Of a DNA stretch of 64,000 nt, positions 28,101 to 40,100 are shown piece after piece; position 1 is the stretch's first letter, and the number at the start of each line of letters is the position of its first letter. The notes under the pieces were generated by a model. That model had not been told where the DNA came from and did no database searches. It saw nothing but the letters and a program-made list of their open reading frames with translations. Source of the DNA: Laetmonice hystrix (lineage: Eukaryota); the NCBI GenBank assembly GCA_965235115.1, contig OZ249436.1, positions 49,540,001-49,604,000 on the forward strand. Direction: 5' to 3'. Position numbers and translations under genes: made by a program.

Positions 28101-31100
28101 GGGGCAGCGTGTCTGCGACTGTAGGGGGTTTGTGTGTGGGTCACGTGTTATTAGCGCTCAATCATACCCAGTTATAATCACATCATTCCGAGACCCGCCC
28201 AGCCCAGGATCAAATTGAGACGTTAGCAAAGTTTGTAATTCGCCTCCATAAATCGGCTTAGCGGGTCTGTAATCAGCAGGCTTTGTTTGGGCGGCGCGCC
28301 ATGGCCTCCTTGCCGGCGAGTGGCGCCCGGTCGCGCCGCCATCTACCGATTGCATTACGCTGACATTCCGCAGGCCCATTGCGTCAAGATCTCGGGTAAG
28401 TCACCGTCAAGTGTCACCCCGGCTTAATTACCCCGCCCGGCTGATATGCTTAAAGCCTGGGAGAAGGCGGGCGGCCTGGCCCTTCACTGAGGTGATAATT
28501 ACAGCACAGCGACAGCTGAGCGGGAGATAGGATTGAAATATAATAAGGTTGGCTCTCTCGGCCAAATCTAATCTGGCATACAAGCACGTGTGTCAATAGG
28601 CCCAATTTGGAGCCTCATCAGACCATTTGTCTTTTGATCCGAGACCCCATTACCATCTAATGAATTAATAATCGCGCGCCGGTCACCATTGAGCCGGATT
28701 TGATGGGAGAATATTTGATATCTGATGTGGAGGAGACAGTGATGCGCGGTGGAGGGGGGTGAAGTAGGGGGGTGGGGGGTGGCAGGTAGGGGTGATGAAG
28801 GGGTGGGGGCATGTACCTGTCTATCAGACAGACGACGTGACTCTATCTCTCACCTGGCCAGGTTTCACGGTGATCACCGCTCCGCACCACCACTTGGTGT
28901 CCACACAGGCGCCACCCATACCACCACCACCACAGGCGCCACCAATACCACCACTCCAACCACCACAGGCGCCACCAATACCACCACCACAGGCGCCACC
29001 AATACCACCACCACAGGCGCCACCAATACCACCACTCCAACCACCACAGGCGCCACCAATACCACCGCAGGCGCCACCAATACCACCACCACAGGCGCCA
29101 CCAATACCACGACAGGCGCCACCAATACCACCATCCCAACCACCACAGGCGCCACCAATACCACGACAGGCGCCACCAATACCACTACCCCAACCACGAC
29201 AGGCGCCACCAATACCACCACGACAGGCGCCACCAATACCACGACAGGCGCCACCAGGACCACCACCCCAACCACCTCAGGCGCCACCAATACCACCACC
29301 CCAACCACCTGTTCTCCCGTGAGCAAGCTGCAAGAGTGTTCAGTCCATAGGACCAGGAAGAAACTGGCACACCGGGGCACACAACTATACCCATTCGATA
29401 TGACAGGGATGCTTGACTTGCTGTTTTACAGGTCCGGCCATTGATAATCCAGTGAGGCTGAGCATCCCACCCGTAGGTATCAGCCCTATCTGCCACGTGG
29501 CAAGAGCCTTTATCCGCTGCGCCACCGCCTCCCCATATCGAGCCGGCGTACATGACTGATGATTTGAAATTTGAATAAATACTTTCTTAGCCCCATTCCA
29601 AACTAAGATAAGTTACCGAGCAGTTTGTTCCCTCCAAGCTCCCAGTCGGCTTCCAGGCGCGAGGAGTAGTCAACCTGAGGGGGCCGATTTAGGAACGGAG
29701 GGGGCCGGCGGGGTGCAGCAGGAGACCGGCGGCGTACCGGAGGTCCGGCCTGGACGGGGTCCGGGACCGGCGGGGTGCAGTGGGAGACCGGCGGCGTACC
29801 GGAGGTCCGGCCTGGACCGGGTCAGGGACCGGCGGGGTGCAGTGGGAGACTGGCGGGGTACGGAAGGAGGTCGGTCCGGGACCGGCGCGGGTGCAGCGGG
29901 AGACCGGCGGGGTACGGGAGGTCGGTCCGGGACCGGCAGTGGTGCTGTGGGAGACCGGCGGCGGTCGGGAGGAGGTCGGTCCGGGACCGGCGGTGGTGCA
30001 GTAGGAGACTGGCGGCGGTCGGGCGGGTGGCCGACCGGAACCCGGTGGAGTGGTGCTCGCCGTCCACAATACCATTACGACTCCTACGTGGCCGATTATT
30101 GACACGGCCAATCGAGCCTGACCACTCGTGGCGGGTGTCTGATTTCATCCACCTGTACAAGCGCCACACGACGACGACATCCATGAATAGCAGATAACAT
30201 GATTGTTGTTCAAGTGGTCGGGAGAGTCCTCAACGCTGGACGCCATAATCTCCTGGGGGATTGTTTACCCACTTGGGCACTGAGACGGGCAATGGGGTGG
30301 GGGTGGGGGTGGGGTGGGGGTAGGGTGGGGTGTGGGGTGGAGAGGGTTTCAACAGGTGAACGCCACTAAGAGACCGGACCCTTCTCCCGGCCACCACACT
30401 GATTAGTCTGGTGAATGTAAAAAGTCCCTCCACACCTTTTTCACAAAGTCTTCCTTGCTTTATCAATGTCATGAGTTGCCCCACCATGATGCGGAGAATA
30501 ATGACGTTAAATAAACCTGTTCAAACTTTGTCAGGTAAAAGTTACAGGGTAAAAACTTATATAACTAACATAAAACAGCTCAACACAGCAAAATAAATAT
30601 TGTCTACTCGGCAGGGACTGTGCCAGTCGGTCACAACATAGCCGGAAATTCTCCATTCATGGCAATGTATCATACCATCATGTACTTAGTATACGCCACA
30701 GTTCAGACTGTTGTATCGATTAAAACATCATGTATTTAGTATACGCCACAGTTCAGACTGTTGTATCGATTAAAACATCATGTACTTAGTATACGCCACA
30801 GTTCAGACTGTTGTATCGATTAAAACATCATGTATTTAGTATACGCCACAGTTCAGACTGTTGTATCGATTAAAACATCATGTACTTAGTATACGCCACA
30901 GTTCAGACTGTTGTATCGATTAAAACATCATGTATTAAGTATACGCCACAGTTCAGACTGTTGTATCGATTAAAACATCATGTATTTAGTATACGCCACA
31001 GTTCAGACTGTTGTATCGATTAAAACATCATGTATTTAGTATACGCCACAGTTCAGACTGTTGTATCGATTAAAACATCATGTATTAAGTATACGCCACA

Positions 31101-34100
31101 GTTCAGACTGTTGTATCGATTAACACATCATGTATTTAGTATACGCCACAGTTCAGACTGTTGTATCGATTAAAACATCATGTACTTAGTATACGCCACA
31201 GTTCAGACTGTTGTATCGATTAAAACATCATGTACTTAGTATACGCCACAGTTCAGACTGTTGTATCGATTAAAACATCATGTACTTAGTATACGCCACA
31301 GTTCAGACTGTTGTATCGATTAACACATCATGTATTTAGTATATGCCACAGTTCAGACAGTTGTATCGATTAAAACATCATGTATTTAGTATATGCCACA
31401 GTTCAGACTGTTGTATCGATTAAAACATCATGTACTTAGTATACGCCACAGTTCAGACTGTTGTATCGATTAAAACATCATGTACTTAGTATACGCCACA
31501 GTTCAGACTGTTGTATCGATTAAAACATCATGTACTTAGTATACGCCACAGTTCAGACTGTTGGATCGATTAACACATCATGTATTTAGTATACGCCACA
31601 GTTCAGACTGTTGTATCGATTGAAACATCATGTACTTAGTATACGCCACAATTCAGACTGTTGTATCGATTAAAACATCATGTACTTAGTATACGCCACA
31701 GTTCAGACAGTTGTATCGATTAAAACATCATGTATTTAGTATACGCCACAGTTCAGACTGTTGTATCGATTAAAACATCATGCATTTAGTATAGGCCACA
31801 GTTCAGACAGTTGTATCGATTAAAACATCATGTATTTAGTATACGCCACAGTTCAGACTGTTGTATCGATTAAAACATCATGTATTTAGTATACGCCACA
31901 GTTCAGACAGTTGTATCGATTAAAACATCATGCATTTAGTATAGGCCACAGTTCAGACTGTTGTATCGATTAAAACATCATGTATTTAGTATACGCCACA
32001 GTTCAGACAGTTGTATCGATTAAAACATCATGTACTTAGTATACGCCACAGTTCAGACTGTTGTATCGATTAAAACATCATGTACTTAGTATACGCCACA
32101 GTTCAGACTGTTGTATCGATAGAAAGATGTCTCTTCGCTACTCGTGTTTATACTTTGCAAGCAGAGATAGAAACCAGCAGGTTGCGTGTACATGCAGCTT
32201 GGGGTTCTAAGGTAAACGTACTAGTACTGGAACTCAATGAATGGCAGGCTATTTTAGACGTCAGGGACATGTATGTACACGCCCATACAAATGGAGCTGG
32301 GCCTGGTTTTTTTGTTTACTTTTCCGTGAGCAAGGGTGAGCTTAGCTGAACAAGGGTGAGCATGAGCTGAGCAAGGGTGAGCTGAGCTGAGCAAGGGTGA
32401 GCATGAGCTCATGCTCACCGTTTTCGTGGTTTTTAACGCGAGGCGTGCTCATGGTGAGCAAGCTCACGGAAAAAAAAAAAAAAAAAAAACGAAAACGGTG
32501 TGCAAAACGGTGAGCATGAGCTTCTGCTCACCCTTGTTCAGCTCAGCTCACCCTTGCTCACGGTGGAAAAGTAAACATAAAAACCGGGCCCCGGGAGGTT
32601 GGGGTGTGTGTGTGTGTTGGGGGGGGGGGGGGGGTTGATGTAATAGCCACCAGGCCTCGGTTTCAATAGGATTGATCAAATCTATATTTGACCAAGTTTT
32701 GACAAAGGGTAAACAAATTTGACCACCCAAATCAGTTTCTTGAAACCGCGGCCCGGTGATACTGTAGCAATCGCGTGCTCTTTTTGTTCCTTACCCTTCC
32801 AAGGGTTTAAAGAACATTCAGCTTGCTAGCCCGCACTGCATCCCAAGCAAGGTCAGCTCACAAGCTTACAACATGTACATTTCTTATTAACATTACCTTC
32901 ACACGCCCTTCCTGGAAAGTGTTGAAAAACAATCATATTAAAAAATCTTCACAGACCAATGTCAGAGATGTGACGGTTAGAAATTAACTATTTACAACAT
33001 ATAGTATACATGTTGTAAATAACATTCAAACATAATGAACACGTACTAGTACTATCCTACAGCCAGTAGGTGACGTGTGGCAACCATTCTCACGTACAAC
33101 ATTTAAACACCAATGCCCCAATAGAATATCCTATAATAGTTCACTAGGATGCAGTGAAGGCACCTTAAACAGGTTGGCCATTATTTCTACCTTTGAATCA
33201 ATTTTAGTGAAGTCAGCGTAGAAAAGGGACGTCAAAAAGAAGATAATTTTTATTTTTTTTTTTTTTTTGGGGGGGGGGGGATACGTATAGATCTAGATAT
33301 GTTTCGATTTTACATAGGAAGGAAATATATATTTCATACATGTTTTACAGTGTAACCTTGTTAAAACGACAAAACCCTTCATACTTACTGCATTCTAAGT
33401 GGTTTCACTCTAAATGGGATTCACTCAGTCTCTACTACCACATAATTAGTTTTCTTTAAAGCGAGATCTTTGTCCGTGCTACAACTCTGAAAGTAACATG
33501 TACCCTCTCCCCCCATCCCTCCTTCCCACGCTCCCTCACAGCCTATTCGTCTCTCAATATGAATTCAGAATGAAGCATTATCTCCCGTACCTTTGAGTCA
33601 GCCGTGGCTTTCAACGCCAGCGGTTCTAACGTTTGACGTTTGTAGTTAGGGAGCTGGTCTTCGTTACGATCTCCATCCTTGGCGGCCTTCTCCAGGTTCT
33701 TCACGCTCACGTTAGGTGGCGCCACTGGCCTGTAACACCATTTTTCATGTATGCTAACTGTAGGCCGGACGATAATCACGCCCACGAGACGGGGTCCAAA
33801 TCAGCGGTTTAAATAAACAGTTCATAAATTCATTCACGAGGTATAAAATCAATAAATTACAACTTCCACTTTGAAAAATTTAGTAATAAATTCAATAGGT
33901 AAAATAATTCAAATCTAAAACGAGAATTCCTTGTTTAAATATCACAATTCATTAAGTCACACTCATCTTCTGAAGAAAACTCAAATACCATCGAGTTATT
34001 CACAGTAATACCCAGCCTTACTAAATGCATATATACCACACTGGGAGACCACAACCATAGCATATACTCCACTCTTCATGCCTTGATGCCAAATTTACAA

Positions 34101-37100
34101 AATTTTAAAAAATACGATCTTTCTAACAATAACATACCGGGGGTACATGTTAAAATCAGTATGGACTAGAGAAGCAGTGTCTACTATGTTTTCGTATGAT
34201 TTAATTCCACCTCACGGCACCTCCCCAGAGCTGACAGGTAAGAGCTTGCTGAAGCCCCAGTGTAGGAGGTTAACGCGACTAACTCAGTTATAATATGATG
34301 GATCTCCCAGCCTAAAGTCTAAACACAGCAGTCGCCAGCGACTTGTCAGCTTATTAAGTTATTTAGGACAACAGAAGCAATGAGGCGTGGCAGGTACCAT
34401 GTGACCCTAGCACCGTCATCCTGCCTGGGTCACAGAGTCCTTCTGGTGCGTATGTCAGCCACGCTTAGATACCATATTATAAATATCAAAGTTAACTGCT
34501 TACTTTCTTGAAAGTAAATCGGACTATTAAAACTACCAATAACATTGTATACTTTTATTTATGACCCGAGTCACCAGCAGATAACAAATAACTCTTCCAC
34601 TCTGTTTATGGTGCTAAGTCAGATATGCACCAAGTTTAGAAAGACTTGATTATTGGAATGTATCATATTCTACTCGATCTGTCGGATACTAAAGGTATTG
34701 TTCTGGGGATCTTTCCTTATGTACATGCAAGCACTCGCAATTTGTAACTAAATACGTTGATTTGGTGTCAATATTTCTGAATGGCAACCTGATGTTTACT
34801 ATTATTACATTAAATTTCATAAGATGTTACCTTCCATCGACTTCTCGATTAGTTTCAGTCATGTGGTACTGACGTGTGTGCACCTGGCTCCTATCGTAGT
34901 TAATCACTAATAAATCCAACCACTAATTACACAACCTGAAGCCAGAATTAGCGAGGAAGGGCCTGTAGACAACCTACCTTGGGTCAGGCCTGACTGGGGC
35001 CTCCGTGCGCCGCAGTTTCTCTAACTCAATCTGTTTGAGACGGACCAAAAACATGCTATCAGTTACAATTACCCATCCTAATGTGGTAATCTAATTACGG
35101 GCACCTGAGGAGCTATGGAAGGCCAATGTGGTCACAATGACACCTTAAAGAGATACGACAAGTGAAGTTGGTGTATGCCTCAAGTCCGAAGGATTGCGAA
35201 GAGTGTTTACTGGATTTGACAACATGCCGATGTGACGCTGCCATTATTAGATTGTCTATGGTCAAAATGGTGTAAAAAAAATGGTGATCAAGGTTATGTG
35301 AGAGCAGGGTTGACAGAGATGGATGATGGGGTACAGAGGGGTACAAGGGGTCCACAGGAAACCCCCAGGTAATACGAGGGTGATCGGGGGAGTCTGGTGG
35401 TCTACCTTATCCTTTTCACTCAATCTCTTCCAATCCAAACTCATTTTCTACGATCAGTAAAATACATTATATAACTAAAAACAAAAGTTACACCAGGAAA
35501 ATACATTATATTACTAAAAACAAAAAGTGACACCTGTAAAATACATTATATTACTAAAAACAAAGTTACACCAGTAAAATACATTATATTACTAAAAACA
35601 AAAAGTTACACCAGTAAAATACATTATATTACTAAAAACAAAAAGTTATACCAGTAAAATACATTATATTACTAAAAACAAAAAGTTATACCAGTAAAAT
35701 ACATTATACTACTAAAAACAAAACATTATACCAGTAAAATACATTATATCACTAAAAACAAAAAATTATACCAGTAAAATACATTATATTACATTTGTAC
35801 TAAAAACAAAAAGTTATACCAGTAAAATACATTATATTACATTTGTACTAAAAACAAAAAGTATACCAGTAGATGTGGGTTTTAAATAACAAGCCACACC
35901 CTGAGCCTCACCCCCATTACTTACCTCACGTGCTATAAGCTGTTTGGCGGCGTAGGTTAACTGTTTGTGTTGTTTTAGGCCGGAATAATGGGCCAACTCA
36001 TCAAGAAATCTGAAAACAAACCCAAACACAAATCAAGTAATGCTAGGTCCTAGTCTTGGTCATGTGTCGATTACTTCCTTACACAGATGGATTTATTTTT
36101 CACATTCTCTCTTCAAATGCCTGAGCCCCACACTCTCATCCTTTAGCCTTGTGTACGGGCGGCGTGCGACTGTTTAATGCACTATTTATAGACAGCAGTT
36201 CCAGTACAGTCTATATGACAGTCCTAGTTACGAAAGACAACACTAGGTGGTTGAGTTTGTCTCCCACACCCCTTGGTTTCAAACAGACAAACTCACGGGT
36301 CGAGGTTGTAGGTGTATTGACCATCAATGGTTTCAAACAGACAAACTCACGGCTCGAGGTTGTAGGTGTATTGACCATCAATGGTTTCAAACAGACAAAC
36401 TCACGGCTCGAGGTTGTAGGTGTATTGACCATCAAGTGATCGCTCCTGGCGGTAGGACAAGTTGTAAGCAATCATGACATGGATGAGATGGGCTAGTTCT
36501 TGTTTCTCACGCTGGCTGTACAACTGAGTGTTCACCTGGATCACAACAATACCTCACTTTATTACTATCCTCTGAATCCTTGCAGAAAAACACCACAAAA
36601 ATACCCGACTGGCAGACCGACTTCATTGCATCACTATGACTATCATCTTTATCATCATAAATAGCTATATAATATTGATGTAATAAAACCTTTTAACAGA
36701 CTTACCTCATAGAGTTTCCTGTATAGATACATACATGAATACCACTACCGGTATATACAAGAAATAATTAAACATAGGTACAAACAAATGTGGGTAAAGA
36801 TAGGGTTAACATTAGTACTTGATACGTACCGGTCGTAGGTTTGGCTGAATGATTTCTAAAAGATGCGGTAACAGTTCCATCACAGCCACACCCATGTTAA
36901 GGTTCTTCCTAACAGAAGGTGCCACGTCACAGAGCATAGCATCAACCAACTGCTGAAGTTTGTTCAACTTGCTTTTAGCCTGCAAAGATAGACATACAGA
37001 CACTCATGGCTTGGTTTGGAAATTGAAGACTCAAGAACATGAAAAAAAGTTAAATTCTGAACATGGAGGCAAATATTCAGAGCAGGATATTTTTTAAGTC

Positions 37101-40100
37101 GGAGAGAATTTCATCACTTTAAAGCTATATATAGAGGCTGCAAATACACATAAATGTGATGAATAATATGATATCCACAATGGGTTTAGATTTAACATAT
37201 ATTTCCCACCGGTTCAGTTAATCATTATCAAGACTATCCTACGGTCTTTTCGAAATCATTAGACTTACTAAATCCCTTTCTAAGCCACTAAGATCTGAAG
37301 TTTTGTATGACTCGCCTCAAACTGGCTGTGTGGGTAGTTGATACGTGGGTGGTGAGTGGACGCAAACAGAAGGTGAAAGGCCACGGGTAGGTAGGTCGTA
37401 TATCGCCACAAAATGTAACTCTGGTTGTGTAACACGTCTTGATTGATCCGGTCAACAAAACACATCCATTCACTGGCCACGTAAACCTGAAACAGACCAA
37501 CTACTGACATTAGTGTCCTAGTATCCCGGGACCGGGATCTACATAAACCTGAAATCAGACCACGGACCACGGTCAGTCTGTCATTAGTGTCCTAGTATCC
37601 TGGGACCAGGATCTACATAAACCTGAAACAGACCACGGACAGTCTGTCATTAGTGTCCTAGTATCCTGGGACCAGGATCTACATAAACCTGAAACAGACC
37701 ACGGACAGTCTGTCATTAGTGTCCTAGTATCCCGGGACCAGGATCTACATAAACCTGAAACAGACCACGGACAACAGCCAGTCTGTCATTAGTGTCCTAG
37801 TATCCCGGGACCAGGATCTACATAAACCTGAAACAGACCACGGACAACAGCCAGTCTGTCATTAGTGTCCTAGTATCCCGGGACCAGGATCTACATAAAC
37901 CTGAAACAGACCACGGACCACAGCTAGTCTGTCTTTAGTGTCCTAGTATCCCGGGACCAGGATCTACATAAACCTGAAACAGACCACGGACCACAGCCAG
38001 TCTGTCATTAGTGTCCTAGTATCCCGGGACCAGGATCTACATAAACCTGAAACAGACCACGGACCACAGCCAGTCTGTCATTAGTGTCCTAGTATCCCAG
38101 GACCAGGATCTACATAAACCTGAAATCAGACCACGGACCACGGCCAGTCTGTCATTAGTGTCCTAGTATCCCAGGACCGGGATCTACATAAACCTGAAAC
38201 AGACCACGGACCATGGTCAGTCTGTCTTTAGTGTCCTAGTATCCCGGGACCAGGATCTACATAAACCTGAAACAAACCACGGACCACGGCCAGTCTGTCA
38301 TTAGTGTCCTAGTATCCCGGGACCAGGATCTACATAAACCTGAAACAGACCACGGCCAGTCTGTCATTAGTGTCCTAGTATCCCGGGACCAGGATCTACA
38401 TAAACCTGAAACAGACCACGGACCACAGCCAGTCTGTCGTTAGTGTCCTAGTATTCCGGGACCGGGATCTACATAAACCTGAAACAGACCACGGACCACA
38501 GTCAGTCTGTCATTAGTGTCCTAGTATCCCGGGACCGGGATCTACATAAACCTACCACGGACCACGACCAGTCTGTCATTAGTGTCCTAGTATCCCGGGA
38601 CCAGGATCTACATAAACCTACCACGGACCACGACCAGTCTGTCATTAGTGTCCTAGTATCCCGGGACCGGGATCTACATAAACCTACCACGGACCACGAC
38701 CAGTCTGTCATTAGTGTCATACCATCCCGGGACCGGGATCTACATAAACCTACCACGGACCACGACCAGTCTGTCATTAGTGTCCTAGTATCCCGGGACC
38801 GGGATCTACATAAACCTACCACGGACCACGACCAGTCTGTCATTAGTGTCATACCATCCCGGGACCGGGATCTACATAAACCTGAAACAGACCACGGACC
38901 ATGGTCAGTCTGTCATTAGTGTCCTAGTATCCCGGAACCAGCATCTACATAAACCTGAAACAGACCACGGACAGTCTGTCATTAGTGTCCTAGTATCCCG
39001 GGACCAGGATCTACATAAACCTGAAACAGACCACGGACCACGGTCTGTCTGTTATTAGTGTCCTAGTACCCCGGGACTGGGATCTACATAAACCTGAAAC
39101 AGACCACGGACCACGGCCAGTCTGTCATTAGTGTCCTAGTCTCCTGGGACCAGGATCTACATAAACCTGAATCAGACCACAGACCACAGCCAGTCTGTCG
39201 TTAGTGTCCTAGTATCCCGGGACCGGGATCTACATAAACCTGAAACAGACCACAGACCACAGTCAGTCTGTCATTAGTGTCCTAGCAAGCATCCTGGGTC
39301 CGGGATCTACATAAACCTGAAACCAGACCACTGACCACGGCCATTCTGTCATTAGTGTCCTAGTATCCCGGGACCAGGATCTACATAAACCTGAAACAGA
39401 CCACGGACCATGGCCAGTCTGTCATTAGTGTTTTAGTATCCCGGGACCAGGATCTACATAAACCTGAAACAGACCAGGGACCACGGCCAGTCTGTCATTA
39501 GTGTCCTAGTATCCCAGGACTGGGATCTACATAAACCTGAAAAAGACCACGGACCACGGTCAGTCTGTCATTAGTGTCCTAGTATCCCGGGACCAGGGAT
39601 CTACATGAACCTGAAACAGACCACGGACCACAGCCAGTCTGTCATTAGTGTCCTAGTATCCCGGGACCAGGGATCTACATAAACCTGAAACAGACCATGG
39701 ACCACGACCAGTCTGTCATTAGTGTCCTAGTATCCTGGGACCAGGATCTACATAAACCTGAAACAGACCACGGACCACGGTCTGTCTGTTATTAGTGTCC
39801 TAGTATCCCGGGACTGGGATCTACATAAACCTGAAACAGAACACGGACCACAGCCAGTTTGTCATTGGTGTCCTAGTATCCCGGGACCGGGGATCTAACA
39901 GTACAGCCGGGCATGCTCGTCCCTTAGAGGACTAATATTTCACACACAATTAGTGCGGCTGTCAACTGTATTTTTCTAACGTGTTAAAATCAAATATTGG
40001 GTCCACAGATTTACAGCATGTTGTCATATTTCAATTGCATCAATTTAGTTTGCCACAAATTTAAAAACCGCAAAGGAAATGAGACTTTAGTTTTAAAGAT

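Noticed and set aside
28749..29444. Mucin-like Thr-rich (TTTGATN) or Pro-rich ORFs
   Set aside because: Open on both strands in several frames because of an ACC-rich minisatellite; GTG start; no signal peptide or clear splice context.
29689..30197. Overlapping 120-140 aa ORFs on both strands
   Set aside because: Caused by a GC-rich degenerate repeat lacking stops; no recognisable homology.
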